A stretch of DNA of 64,000 bases from Nanobdellota archaeon. Lineage in GTDB: Archaea > Nanobdellota > Nanobdellia > Pacearchaeales > GW2011-AR1. Below the pieces are notes generated by a model. It was not told the DNA's origin and ran no database searches. It was given only the letters and a program-made list of their open reading frames with translations. A program made the position numbers and the translations under genes. Positions within the stretch are counted from its first letter, which is position 1. Every line of letters begins with the position of its first letter. This document shows, piece by piece, positions 11,597-22,318 of this stretch. The stretch is taken from contig DUKY01000007.1 of the NCBI GenBank assembly GCA_013329055.1, positions 51,146 through 115,145 on the forward strand. The letters are read 5' to 3'.

Positions 11597-11678
11597 AGAT
11601 ATTTATAGAAAAAATTATTTATAAATTTACCTACAAATAGATAGTTAAGTATATAAGATAAATAATCTTTAATCAATA

Positions 11679-11876
11679 ATGAAAAATGAAAAGAATTTTC
11701 CAAAGAAAAATTCTTATGCATTACCTACTTTGACACAACCAAACAAAAAAAAATTAAATACAGTAGGTAATAAAGGATTTTTTACAAGAATAATTGAAAA
11801 ACTTGATAAAAAAATGGAAGAAAAATCTAAAGAAAGCAGTTGCAATTGTAAAACTAAGAAAAAATGTTGCAATTAG
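11679..11876 (+). CDS. Small protein with Cys-rich C-terminus (possible metal binding)
   Basis: Ends SCNCKTKKKCCN; overlaps the start of the permease. Confidence 0.55.
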   Translation: MKNEKNFPKKNSYALPTLTQPNKKKLNTVGNKGFFTRIIEKLDKKMEEKSKESSCNCKTKKKCCN

Positions 11877-12823
11877 TAGTTGATAAATTACTTTACGAAA
11901 TATTAAATTTAGATGGTTCTTTAAAATTTGTTCAATCATTAAATTTTTTTATTTATGATTCAATAAAAATAATTTTACTTTTATTTTTCATGATTTTTCT
12001 TTTAGGATTTCTAAGGACATATATTCCGCATGAAAAAGTTAAAGATTGGTTAAGCAAACAAAAAAGAGGAGTTGGAAATTTAATGGCTTCATGTTTTGGT
12101 GCTGTGACGCCATTTTGTTCATGTTCATCTATTCCAATATTTTTAAGTTTTTTAGAAAGTGGTGTTCCATTAGGAATAACATTTTCATTTTTGATTACTT
12201 CTCCGTTAGTTAATGAATATTTAGTAATTTTGATGCTGGGATTTTTTGGATGGAAAATTACTTTAATTTATGTTCTATTCGGCATTTTACTTGGAGTATT
12301 CTCCGGATTAATCCTCGGAAAAATGAAACTTGAAAAATATCTTGTAAAAGATTTAATTTCCCAAACAAAAAAGGTTGAAGAAAAAAAGTATAATAATTTA
12401 AAAGAGAGATTAGATTATGGATACACCGAATCGAGTTCTATGGTTAAAAAATTGTGGATATGGATTTTGGCAGGTGTTGGGCTTGGGGCGATAATTCATA
12501 ATTATATTCCTTCAGAATTAATTCAAGGATTAATTGCAAAAGGAGGAATATTCTCAGTTCCAATTGCTGTTCTTTTGGGAGTGCCAATTTATGCAAATTG
12601 TGTTGCGATTATTCCAATAGCGATTGTTTTATTTGAAAAAGGGTTGCCATTAGGAACAGCTTTAGCATTTATGATGGCAACTTCTGCATTAAGTTTGCCT
12701 GAGGCAATTATTTTAAGAAGAGCAATGAAATTAAAATTAATTGCAATATTTTTTGGAGTCACAACATTAGGGATTATATTAATTGGATATTTGTTTAACT
12801 TTCTTCAAAAGTTAATAATATAA
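11864..12823 (+). CDS. ArsP/DUF318 family permease
   Basis: TPFCSCSSIP, VPIYAN, LSLPEAIILRR motifs. Confidence 0.88.
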   Translation: MLQLVVDKLLYEILNLDGSLKFVQSLNFFIYDSIKIILLLFFMIFLLGFLRTYIPHEKVKDWLSKQKRGVGNLMASCFGAVTPFCSCSSIPIFLSFLESGVPLGITFSFLITSPLVNEYLVILMLGFFGWKITLIYVLFGILLGVFSGLILGKMKLEKYLVKDLISQTKKVEEKKYNNLKERLDYGYTESSSMVKKLWIWILAGVGLGAIIHNYIPSELIQGLIAKGGIFSVPIAVLLGVPIYANCVAIIPIAIVLFEKGLPLGTALAFMMATSALSLPEAIILRRAMKLKLIAIFFGVTTLGIILIGYLFNFLQKLII

Positions 12824-12834
12824 AATTAAAAAAA

Positions 12835-15222
12835 TTATTTCTTTTTTTCCTGTTCTGCAATTTTTATTCTTGTCTTAATTATAGTATCAGGATTTAAAGA
12901 AATTGAATCAATTCCTTCTTTTACTAAAAATTGTGCAAAGTCTGGAAAATCCGAAGGAGCTTGACCGCATATTCCGATTTTTCTTTTATTCTTTTTTGCT
13001 TTTTTAATCATGATTGAAATTAATTCTTTAACTGCCTCATTTCTTTCATCATAAACATCTGAAACAATTTCTGAATCACGATCAACACCTAAAGTTAATT
13101 GTGTTAAATCATTTGAACCTATGCTAAATCCGTCAAAAATTTTACTAAATTCATCAGCCAAAATTACATTTGATGGAATCTCGCACATTACATAAATCTC
13201 TAACTCATCTTTTCCACGAGATAATCCTTCTTTTGCCATTATCTCCTGAACTTTTTTTCCTTCCTCTATTGTTCTGCAAAATGGAATCATTACTTTTACA
13301 TTCTTTAAACCAAATTGATTTCTAACTTTTTTTATAGCTTTGCATTCCAATTCAAAACTTTTTCTAAATGCTTCCTTATAATAACGGCTTGCACCTCTCC
13401 AGCCAATCATAGGATTATCTTCTGTTGGTTCATAAAGTTCTCCGCCGATTAAATTTCTATACTCGTTTGTTTTAAAATCAGACATTCTTACTATAACATC
13501 TTTAGGATAAAAGGCTGCGGCAATCATTGCAATTCCTTCTGCTAATTTATCTATGTAAAATTGTTTTTTATCTTTGTATCCAAAAGTTAAATCATCAATT
13601 TTTTTCTTTATGTTTTTATCACTTAATTTATCATAATCAATTAATGCATTAGGATGTATTTTTATATGTGAATTAATAATAAATTCTTCACGAGCTAAAC
13701 CTACTCCGTCATTTGGGATAAAACTTTGTTCAAATGCCTGTTCAGGATTTCCGAGGTTCATCATAATTTTTGTTTTTGTTTTTGGTAATTTTTCCAAATT
13801 ATGTTTTTCTATAACATATTTTAACTTTCCTTCATAAACTCTGCCTTCTTCTCCATCTGCACAGGAAACTGTAACAAGGTCGCCATTTTTTAGTTTTTTA
13901 GTTGCGTCATCTGTTCCAACTAAACAAGGAATTCCAAGTTCCCTGGAAATAATTGCAGCATGACAAGTTCTTCCACCCTTATCGGTTACAATTGCCGAAG
14001 CGATTTTCATTATTGGCTCCCAATCAGGGTCAGTCATTTCAGTTACCAGAACTTCTCCTTTTTTAAAATCATGAATTCCTGAAACATTTTTTATAACCCT
14101 GACTTTTCCGGAACCGATTCTTGAACCAACACTTTGTCCTTTTGATAAAATTTTACCTTTTTCTTTTAAAACATATTCTTCTAAAATATTTACATTCCTT
14201 TGACTTTGAACAGTTTCAGGTCTTGCCTGAACAATATAAAGCTTATTTGTTTTTCCATCTTTTGCCCATTCAATATCCATTGCTTTTTTATAATGATCCT
14301 CGATAGTTATTGCCATTTTTGCAAGTTTTAATATTTCATCATCAGTAATAGAAAATTCTTTTTGTTTATCTTCCGAAACAGGAATATTTTTTACCTGTTT
14401 TAAATATTTTAAACCATAGATCATTCTTATTTTTTTATTCCCTAATTTTTTGGAGATAATTGACTTATAACCTTTTTTTAAAGTTGGTTTATGCACATAA
14501 AATTCGTCGGGATTAACTGCTCCCTGAACAATATTTTCTCCTAATCCATAAATAGAAGTGATAAATACTGCATCTTTAAATCCGGATTCAGTATCTATTG
14601 AAAACATTACTCCTGAAGAGGATAAATCAGACCTTACCATTTTTTGAACACCAATAGAAAGTGCGATAGTGAAATGATCAAATCCTTTATCCACTCTATA
14701 AGATATTGCTCTATTTGTAAATAATGATGCAAAGCATTTTTTGCATGATTTTAATAACTCTTTTTCTCCTCGAACATTCAAGTATGTTTCTTGCTGTCCT
14801 GCAAATGAAGCATCGGGCAAATCTTCTGCTGTTGCACTTGAACGAACCGCTACATCAGTATAATCCTCTTTAGATTCTTTAGATAATAATTTATAATTTT
14901 CAATAATTTCTTTTTGTAAGTCTAAAGGCAATTCTGCTTTTAAAATTAAATTACGAACTTTTTTGCCTCGCTTCATTAAATTACGAGTACTGGTTGTATC
15001 TAAATCGGAGAGGATTTTATGAATTTTATCTTTTAATCCTGCAGATTCAATAAAATATCTATATGCTAATGCAGTTATTGCAAATCCATTTGGAACAGTT
15101 ACGCCTTTTTTATTTAATTCACGATACATCTCCCCTAAAGATGCATTTTTTCCACCAACAATTGGAACATCTTCAATATGTAAGTCCTTAAATGGTATAA
15201 CTAAAATTCTTTTGCTATTCAT
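12835..15222 (-). CDS. ppsA: Phosphoenolpyruvate synthase (canonical type)
   Basis: VGGKNASLGEM, AVRSSATAEDLPDASFAGQQET, GGRTCHAAIISRE, IGSNDLTQ, ICGQAPSD. Confidence 0.96.
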   Translation of the reverse strand: MNSKRILVIPFKDLHIEDVPIVGGKNASLGEMYRELNKKGVTVPNGFAITALAYRYFIESAGLKDKIHKILSDLDTTSTRNLMKRGKKVRNLILKAELPLDLQKEIIENYKLLSKESKEDYTDVAVRSSATAEDLPDASFAGQQETYLNVRGEKELLKSCKKCFASLFTNRAISYRVDKGFDHFTIALSIGVQKMVRSDLSSSGVMFSIDTESGFKDAVFITSIYGLGENIVQGAVNPDEFYVHKPTLKKGYKSIISKKLGNKKIRMIYGLKYLKQVKNIPVSEDKQKEFSITDDEILKLAKMAITIEDHYKKAMDIEWAKDGKTNKLYIVQARPETVQSQRNVNILEEYVLKEKGKILSKGQSVGSRIGSGKVRVIKNVSGIHDFKKGEVLVTEMTDPDWEPIMKIASAIVTDKGGRTCHAAIISRELGIPCLVGTDDATKKLKNGDLVTVSCADGEEGRVYEGKLKYVIEKHNLEKLPKTKTKIMMNLGNPEQAFEQSFIPNDGVGLAREEFIINSHIKIHPNALIDYDKLSDKNIKKKIDDLTFGYKDKKQFYIDKLAEGIAMIAAAFYPKDVIVRMSDFKTNEYRNLIGGELYEPTEDNPMIGWRGASRYYKEAFRKSFELECKAIKKVRNQFGLKNVKVMIPFCRTIEEGKKVQEIMAKEGLSRGKDELEIYVMCEIPSNVILADEFSKIFDGFSIGSNDLTQLTLGVDRDSEIVSDVYDERNEAVKELISIMIKKAKKNKRKIGICGQAPSDFPDFAQFLVKEGIDSISLNPDTIIKTRIKIAEQEKKK

Positions 15223-15284
15223 TTCTCACCTCTAAAGATAAATAATTTATTTTATATTATAAATGTATCTAAGAGAATAAAAAA

Positions 15285-15899
15285 TTATTTTTTTAAAAAT
15301 ACTTTTTGAATTTTATCCGGAGAAATAACTTTCATTTCTAATCCTTCTGTTCCAGAATCTTTTGAAGCACTATAAATTAAAGCTCCTGAAACTAATTTTA
15401 ATCCTTCATCCAATGAAAAACCTTTTTCTTTAAAAGACACTATTTTATTTTGGATAAATTCCCACGCAAATTGAGACCCGGATCCAAATGAATAAAAATT
15501 AGTTTCTTCAATTAAACCGAGTTCCCAACAGATATATAGACGAGGTTTATCAAAACGCGTGGCGAGCAAATAATGAATAAAATTATTATTGGGGCAACGA
15601 CCTCCCCACATTTCATAATTTAATGTTAATACTTCTTGAAAAAAACGCTTAGAAATTTTTTCGGGTAAATTTATTCTTGATTCTGAAAAATCTTTTAAAA
15701 TTTCTTTACCTTTTTTATTAATTGTGCCAGCATAACTTAAAACTGCTGTTTTTTCTTTGTTTGAATATAATTTTGTTGAATGTGAATAATTACCGGTTTT
15801 TTCATATTTTCCTTTTTCATTAATTATAACATCTTGATGTAATGTGTCTGCTCCAAGAATTATTCCTGCTCGGGTTTTAATTCCAACAATTGTTGTCAT
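15285..15899 (-). CDS. Divergent proteasome-beta/HslV-like Ntn hydrolase
   Basis: Begins M-TTIVGIK...GADT (Thr1 nucleophile, no propeptide); TKL, FGSGS, SKDSGT. Confidence 0.72.
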   Translation of the reverse strand: MTTIVGIKTRAGIILGADTLHQDVIINEKGKYEKTGNYSHSTKLYSNKEKTAVLSYAGTINKKGKEILKDFSESRINLPEKISKRFFQEVLTLNYEMWGGRCPNNNFIHYLLATRFDKPRLYICWELGLIEETNFYSFGSGSQFAWEFIQNKIVSFKEKGFSLDEGLKLVSGALIYSASKDSGTEGLEMKVISPDKIQKVFLKK

Positions 15900-15942
15900 T
15901 AATATTTGAAAGATTAAATTATTTAAAAAGACTTATATAAAA

Positions 15943-16497
15943 TTAAGATTCTTTCAAAATCCTTGCCTGAGTGATTGTTGCAATAACCTGAATTATTCCC
16001 ATAGTAATAAAGAGTACATCAAAGGATAAATAATTCACAATTAAACCCCCGATAATTATTGCAATACCGGTAATTATTTGTGCTGTTCCTCCTGCAAGTC
16101 CCCATTGAAATCCACCATTTCTTCGGTCTTCATGTTTTGCATAAAGTGCAAACCATGTAGGTGTTGCCAAAGCGGTTGAAATTCCAAGACCTGCTTGAAC
16201 AATAAAAAGATGCATTGGAGAAGATACAAACAAATAACCAAATGTAAAGAATGCATTAAGTGCATATCCTAAGACCATAATTTTTCTTTTATGATGATAA
16301 GTATCTGTAAATTTACCAACAAGAATATATAATAAACCTGCAACGATTAAATAAGTAGCCCATGCCCAAGTCATATTTAGAATAGTACCTCCAACCTTTT
16401 CTGCAAAAATCGCGAAAAGGGGTCCAAACATTCCTTCTCCAAAATACCATAAACCTCCCCCATAAAGAAGAAGTTTAATTTTTCTATTTATCACCAT
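15943..16497 (-). CDS. Half-size (about 6 TM) MFS-like transporter
   Basis: GKFTD..HKRK motif A-like loop; 184 aa, hydrophobic. Confidence 0.72.
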   Translation of the reverse strand: MVINRKIKLLLYGGGLWYFGEGMFGPLFAIFAEKVGGTILNMTWAWATYLIVAGLLYILVGKFTDTYHHKRKIMVLGYALNAFFTFGYLFVSSPMHLFIVQAGLGISTALATPTWFALYAKHEDRRNGGFQWGLAGGTAQIITGIAIIIGGLIVNYLSFDVLFITMGIIQVIATITQARILKES

Positions 16498-16556
16498 AAA
16501 GGTTAAATGTTTAATAAATATATAAACATTGCTTAGAATATATTTTATATAAATTC

Positions 16557-16904
16557 TTAGAGATTTTTCTTTTTTATAATTTCATAAATTTTAATTATCA
16601 ATACTCCAACAAAGAAAAAATAAATTATACTTGAAATTTTCATAAAGATTATTCCTTGAGGAAACATTCCGAGAGATTCATAACCTACACCTGTATTAAA
16701 AATTAAATCTATTGCAAATCCAATATAAGCATAAAGAATCAATAAAGGCAAAGAAAGAATTAAGAGTGGAACAGTTATAATTCTAACAAGAATATTTTCT
16801 TTTATTGAATCAAAATGACTTATTAAAAAAGTTATTAAAATATAAAATAATGAACTAAGACATCCTCCTTTAAACCATAATGGAATTTTATTTATTTTAA
16901 ACAT
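16557..16904 (-). CDS. Hypothetical membrane protein
   Basis: Three hydrophobic segments. Confidence 0.6.
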   Translation of the reverse strand: MFKINKIPLWFKGGCLSSLFYILITFLISHFDSIKENILVRIITVPLLILSLPLLILYAYIGFAIDLIFNTGVGYESLGMFPQGIIFMKISSIIYFFFVGVLIIKIYEIIKKKNL

Positions 16905-16980
16905 GTGATTATTAACAGATTTATAATATAAAAAACTAATGATTGAAAGATTTTTTAAAGAGTATTAGCATTTTAAAAAA

Positions 16981-17628
16981 ATGAAAGATTTATTGGAAAA
17001 AGAAATTGATTTTTTATGTGAAGATCTTTTTTTAGAAAGAAAAAATCATGTTCTTTTATATGGAAAGCATGAAGACACTTTTGCAGTTTTGCAAGGTATT
17101 TATGAAAGAGCAAAAAAAGATAAAACATTTTTATGTTCATGGCATGATGCTTCAAAAATTATTAATCCCATGGATTTTTTTGAACCGATTTTAAGATTAA
17201 AATATGAAAAAGGATATGAGGTCTTAAAAGAAAAAGACTGGTTTAAGGAATTAATTGAAAAAAATACTATGGATGGAATTTTTAAGTTAACAGAATTTTG
17301 CGGAAAAGAAAAAAACTCTAAATTTCAAAATGCAAGAAAGTTGCCAATTTTTTTTATTGATGGAATTGAAGATTTATTTTTTAAATTTGATTATAGCCAT
17401 TTAGATGAAGAAGGAAGAAAAAAATTACTTTCTATTAATTTTTTGGAACAACCATTACCTAAGGGATTTGGTAATCATTTAAGGAATTTGCATCAATCCG
17501 GAAAAGGAATTTTTTATGGTCTGGTGAAAAATACTGAAAGTTTAGAATTTAAATCAACTTTAGGAAATTATAATTATTTATTTTATAACGAAAATTTTAG
17601 AAATCATGATGTATGGAGAGAAGATTAA
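16981..17628 (+). CDS. Hypothetical protein (possible degenerate P-loop-like fold)
   Basis: HVLLYG and PIFFIDGIE resemble Walker A/B strands, but no GK[ST]. Confidence 0.6.
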   Translation: MKDLLEKEIDFLCEDLFLERKNHVLLYGKHEDTFAVLQGIYERAKKDKTFLCSWHDASKIINPMDFFEPILRLKYEKGYEVLKEKDWFKELIEKNTMDGIFKLTEFCGKEKNSKFQNARKLPIFFIDGIEDLFFKFDYSHLDEEGRKKLLSINFLEQPLPKGFGNHLRNLHQSGKGIFYGLVKNTESLEFKSTLGNYNYLFYNENFRNHDVWRED

Positions 17629-17679
17629 ACTTCATAGATTATTCAAAACCCTTAAATTCTAATTTAAACTTTATTTATT

Positions 17680-19236
17680 ATGAAAAAAATAAATTTATCA
17701 AAAATACCCAGTAATCCCGGATGTTATCTCTTTAAAGATAATTTAAATTTAATAATTTATGTGGGCAAAGCTAAAAATCTGAAAAAAAGAGTGAAATCAT
17801 ATTTCCAAAATAAAGAACAGGATGAAAAAACAAAAGCAATGATTTCTCATATTAATGATGTTGAATTTATTGTTACAGATACGGAGATTGAATCATTTTT
17901 ATTGGAAAATACTTTGATTAAAAAGCATAATCCTAAATATAATATTAATTTAAAGGATTCTAAGAGATATGCTTTTATTGAAAAAACAAATGAAGAATTT
18001 CCAAGATTAATCATCGCAAGAACAAAAGATGTTGAAGGAAAACTTTTTGGACCATTTATCTCTGCGTCTATGCGGGATGAAATAATTTATCTTTTAAATA
18101 AAATATTTAAGTTGAGGACTTGCAAAAGATTGCCTAAAAAAGTTTGTCTAAGATATTCTTTAGGATTATGTTCTGCACCATGCGAAAAAAAGATTTCTAA
18201 AAAAGATTATTTAGAGGATATTAATTCTTGTCAAAAAATTTTGCAAGGAAATATCAAAGGATTATCAAAAGAATTAAATGAAAAAATGCAAGAGGCTTCA
18301 AATAAAAATAATTTTGAAATGGCAATGAAATTAAGAGATCAAATTAATGCTATTAAAATTTTAACTGAAAAACAAAATGTTGAAAGACAAAAAAACTATG
18401 ATGAAGACATTATCAATTATTTAATTAGAAAAGATAAAGTTTATCTTATGCTTTTTAATATTAATAAAGGAGTTTTAGAGAATACGCAGGAATTTATTTT
18501 TGAGTATAGAAAATATTTTTTTGAAGAATTTTTATCTAGATATTATTCTGAAAATCAAATTCCAAAAGTAATAATTTTACCTAAAGAGATTGATGAATCT
18601 TTAATTAAATATTTAGAATTAAAAAGAAAACAAAAAATAAAAATAATTATCCCAAAGATAGGTGAATTGAAAGATTTAATAACATTAGTTAAAAAGAATA
18701 TTGAAGCAACATTTTTTCCAAAAGAGGAAGGTTTGATTGAATTAAAAGATAAATTGAATTTAGATAAAATTCCTTCAATAATAGAATGTTTTGATATTTC
18801 ACATTTAAGCGGAACAGAAACAGTTGGTTCAATGGTGCAATACAAAGATGGAATTTCAAATAAATCTGAATATAGAAAATTTAAAATTAAAGGAGATTAT
18901 GGAATTGATGACTTTGCTTCAATTGAAGAAATTGTTTATAGGAGATATTATCGGATTGTTAAAGAAGGATTAAAATTGCCTGATTTAATCATTGTTGATG
19001 GCGGGGCAGGACAATTAAGTTTTGCACTTAAAGCATTAGAAAAATTAAAAATTAAAATTCCGGTAATTGGTTTAGCAAAAAAAGAAGAAGAAATTTATTT
19101 GCCAAATAAGGATATACTAAGATTAAACAATAAAAATAAAGGGTTGCTGTTATTAATTTCTATAAGAGATGAAGCACATAGATTTGCTATTAGTTTTCAA
19201 AGGCTGAGAAGAAGAAAAATATTATTTAAGAAATAA
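17680..19236 (+). CDS. uvrC: Excinuclease ABC subunit C (lacks C-terminal HhH domain)
   Basis: GIY-YIG domain (PGCY...YVGKAKNLKKRV), ECFDISH, IVDGG, RDEAHRFA. Confidence 0.95.
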   Translation: MKKINLSKIPSNPGCYLFKDNLNLIIYVGKAKNLKKRVKSYFQNKEQDEKTKAMISHINDVEFIVTDTEIESFLLENTLIKKHNPKYNINLKDSKRYAFIEKTNEEFPRLIIARTKDVEGKLFGPFISASMRDEIIYLLNKIFKLRTCKRLPKKVCLRYSLGLCSAPCEKKISKKDYLEDINSCQKILQGNIKGLSKELNEKMQEASNKNNFEMAMKLRDQINAIKILTEKQNVERQKNYDEDIINYLIRKDKVYLMLFNINKGVLENTQEFIFEYRKYFFEEFLSRYYSENQIPKVIILPKEIDESLIKYLELKRKQKIKIIIPKIGELKDLITLVKKNIEATFFPKEEGLIELKDKLNLDKIPSIIECFDISHLSGTETVGSMVQYKDGISNKSEYRKFKIKGDYGIDDFASIEEIVYRRYYRIVKEGLKLPDLIIVDGGAGQLSFALKALEKLKIKIPVIGLAKKEEEIYLPNKDILRLNNKNKGLLLLISIRDEAHRFAISFQRLRRRKILFKK

Positions 19237-19432
19237 TCTTTTTATTTATTTTTTCCATATATTTTTTAGCAATTTTTGTCGGGAAAAGTTTTGCATATGT
19301 CTCTTGTTGCCATTTCATAAATTTATTAATACAATCTAAACAAATATTAACCTTATGAGATTCATCAATTTTTAGTTGATTGAATTCCGAGTGATAATTC
19401 TCAATTGATTTTTTACATAATTTGCAATTCAT
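19226..19432 (-). CDS. Small Zn-finger protein
   Basis: Two CxxC motifs (CKLC, CLDC). Confidence 0.65.
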   Translation of the reverse strand: MNCKLCKKSIENYHSEFNQLKIDESHKVNICLDCINKFMKWQQETYAKLFPTKIAKKYMEKINKKIIS

Positions 19433-19535
19433 ATTAAAGAATAATAATTCAAATTATTTAAAATTTTGGTAAGAATTGGAAAGAAATTCTTTTTTATTCA
19501 GCAAGATTTATAATTCAAAAGTTTTCTATTAAATT

Positions 19536-19964
19536 ATGAAAAAATTGACTCTCGAAGAAATTTCAAAAGATCCAAATACAAAAATATTAATCTTTCAAAC
19601 TCCCACAGATTATGCATATAATGAAAATGGGATTAATTTTGTAAAGAAAAATTTTGCTATAAAAAATGTAACTAATTCACAGGGGGAGGATATTAGATTT
19701 GTAGCAGGAGAAATGATTTCAAATGCAGTAATGCATGGAAACAAAAGGAATTCTGATAAAAAGATTGAAATTTATTGTTTATGGTTTGAAAAAAATTTTT
19801 ATTTTGTAATTAAAGATGAAGGAGAAGGTTTTGATATTGATAATCCTCTTTACAGTGTAATTTGTCCCCCTGAAGGAAGTTTAGGAATTGAATTGACAAA
19901 AACCAAAATGAATTTAGTTTATAATTTTAAAGATTCTGCTTCATATATTTGTAAGAAAATTTAA
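19536..19964 (+). CDS. RsbW/anti-sigma-like HATPase_c domain protein
   Basis: EMISNAVMHGN (N box), DEGEGFD (G1), GSLGI (G2). Confidence 0.8.
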   Translation: MKKLTLEEISKDPNTKILIFQTPTDYAYNENGINFVKKNFAIKNVTNSQGEDIRFVAGEMISNAVMHGNKRNSDKKIEIYCLWFEKNFYFVIKDEGEGFDIDNPLYSVICPPEGSLGIELTKTKMNLVYNFKDSASYICKKI

Positions 19965-20020
19965 TTTATTTTTTAGCAACTTTTTTCTTTTTTCTGGAGG
20001 GGATTTCAGCCCAAATATTT

Positions 20021-20248
20021 TTATTCTTTTTCAGGTTCATTAACAGAGATTTCTTTTTTATTTGTGGATATTCCATATAATTTATAGAATACACAATAAC
20101 CGGTAAATGCTTCAATAATTAAAATTATAGCAATAACATAAAATAAAATTTCCCAAAAACCTACTGCAAAAAAATAAGATAAAAATAAAATTATAATCCC
20201 TACAAAAAGTCTTATTGTTCTATCCATTAAACTTTCATTTTGTTCCAT
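20021..20248 (-). CDS. DUF2892/YgaP-like membrane protein
   Basis: N...DR.IR...G.C.FY.L.GIST pattern. Confidence 0.85.
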   Translation of the reverse strand: MEQNESLMDRTIRLFVGIIILFLSYFFAVGFWEILFYVIAIILIIEAFTGYCVFYKLYGISTNKKEISVNEPEKE

Positions 20249-20360
20249 TGGATTATAAATTAATTGGATTTTAAAAAGTGATTGGATAATATATTCTTAT
20301 AAACTTATCAGAATTTTCTTTCGCCAAAACCCTTATAACGTTAATATTTTTTGATTTATT

Positions 20361-22316
20361 ATGGTAAATAATAAATTTAACCTTATAACAGAACTAAAAC
20401 CGCAAGGTTCACAACCGGAAGCGATAAAAGAACTTACAGAAGGGATATTAAAAGGAGAAAAGATGCAAACCTTACTTGGAGTTACTGGAAGTGGTAAAAC
20501 TTTTACTATCGCTAACGTTATTAAAAACGTGAATAAACCAACATTAGTTTTAGCACATAATAAAACTCTTGCAGCACAATTATATGAAGAATTAAAATCA
20601 TTTTTCCCGGAGAATAGAGTTGAATATTTTGTTTCTTATTATGATTATTATCAACCTGAAAGTTACATCCCTTCAACAGATCAGTACATTGAAAAAGATT
20701 CTAAAATAAACGCTAAAATTGAGCAAATGCGTTTATCAACTGCAGCATCCTTAATGGGAAGAAAAGATGTTATTGTTGTTTCATCTGTTTCATGTATTTA
20801 CGGTTTAGGTAAACCTGAGAATTTTGAAAAGTTTAGATTCGGTCTAAGAGTTGGACAAAATATTTCACGAAAAGAAATTTTATTAAAATTAATTAATTCA
20901 CAGTATGAAAGAAATGATACAGATTTATCTGCGGGAAAATTTAGAGTTAAAGGGGATATTATAGATTTAGCTCCTGGTTATTTTAATAATACAATCCGGA
21001 TTGAATTATTCGGAGATGTTGTTGAGAAAATATTTGAGATAGACAAAATTACCGGTAAAAAGATTGATTCTTTAGATTATTTTTCTGTTTATCCTGCAAA
21101 ACATTTTATTGTTCCGGAAGAAGATATTACTCCTGCACTTGAGTTGATAAAAAAAGAACTAAAAGAAACTTTAACGAAAATGCCTATGCTTGAAGCACAT
21201 CGATTAAAACAAAGAACATTGCATGATATTGAGATGATTAAAGAAACAGGTTATTGCAAGGGTATTGAAAATTATTCAAGACATTTTGACGGAAGAAAAT
21301 CCGGTGAACCCCCGTATACATTAATGGATTATTTTAGCGATGATTCCCTGATTATTATTGATGAATCGCATCAGACAATTCCACAGATTCATGGGATGTA
21401 TAAGGGAGATAAAGCGAGAAAGAAAAATTTAATTGATTTTGGTTTTCGTCTTCCTAGTGCATATGATAATAGACCATTAAAATTTGATGAATTTGAAAAA
21501 ATAATGGATAGACGTCAAACAATTTTTGTTTCAGCTACACCTTCAGAATATGAGAAAGAAAATTCTTCAAGAATAGTTGAGCAAATTATCAGGCCAACTG
21601 GTTTAGTTGACCCAGAAGTATCGGTTAAACCACTGGATAATCAGGTTGAAGATGTGAAGATTGAAATTGACAAGGCTATAAAAAAGGGTCATAGAATTTT
21701 GGTTACTACATTAACAAAAAGATTAGCAGAAGAGTTAACAGAATATTTAGCCGAATCCGGGATTAAAACAAGATATTTACATTCGGAAATTGATACTCTT
21801 GAACGTACTGAAATTATTCGGCAGTTAAGATTAGGGGAGTTTGATGTTTTGGTTGGAATTAATTTATTGAGAGAAGGAATTGATATTCCGGAGGTTGGTT
21901 TTGTAGGAATTTTAGATGCTGATAAAGAAGGATTCTTGCGTAATGATAAATCTTTAATTCAAACAATTGGGCGGGCTGCGAGAAATTCTGAGGCAAAAGT
22001 TATACTTTATGCAAATAACATGACTGATTCAATAAAAAAGGCGATTGATGAAACTAACAGAAGAAGAAAAATTCAGGAGGATTATAATAAGAAACACCAT
22101 ATTGAACCTAAAACAATTATTAAGCCTATTAAAGAAAAAGAAGTTGATGTGAAAGATATTAAACATATTCCAAAAAAAGAAATTCCAAACATTTTAATTG
22201 AACTTGAAGCAGAGATGAGGGACATGGCAGAAAAATTGGAGTTTGAAAAAGCTATTAATATTAGAAATAGGATGAAAAAATTAAAAGAAAAAATCGGTAT
22301 GAAAGATTTTGATTGA
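20361..22316 (+). CDS. uvrB: Excinuclease ABC subunit B
   Basis: GVTGSGKT, YYDYYQPE, DESH, GFRLPSA.DNRPL, C-terminal UVR domain. Confidence 0.97.
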   Translation: MVNNKFNLITELKPQGSQPEAIKELTEGILKGEKMQTLLGVTGSGKTFTIANVIKNVNKPTLVLAHNKTLAAQLYEELKSFFPENRVEYFVSYYDYYQPESYIPSTDQYIEKDSKINAKIEQMRLSTAASLMGRKDVIVVSSVSCIYGLGKPENFEKFRFGLRVGQNISRKEILLKLINSQYERNDTDLSAGKFRVKGDIIDLAPGYFNNTIRIELFGDVVEKIFEIDKITGKKIDSLDYFSVYPAKHFIVPEEDITPALELIKKELKETLTKMPMLEAHRLKQRTLHDIEMIKETGYCKGIENYSRHFDGRKSGEPPYTLMDYFSDDSLIIIDESHQTIPQIHGMYKGDKARKKNLIDFGFRLPSAYDNRPLKFDEFEKIMDRRQTIFVSATPSEYEKENSSRIVEQIIRPTGLVDPEVSVKPLDNQVEDVKIEIDKAIKKGHRILVTTLTKRLAEELTEYLAESGIKTRYLHSEIDTLERTEIIRQLRLGEFDVLVGINLLREGIDIPEVGFVGILDADKEGFLRNDKSLIQTIGRAARNSEAKVILYANNMTDSIKKAIDETNRRRKIQEDYNKKHHIEPKTIIKPIKEKEVDVKDIKHIPKKEIPNILIELEAEMRDMAEKLEFEKAINIRNRMKKLKEKIGMKDFD

Positions 22317-22318
22317 TT

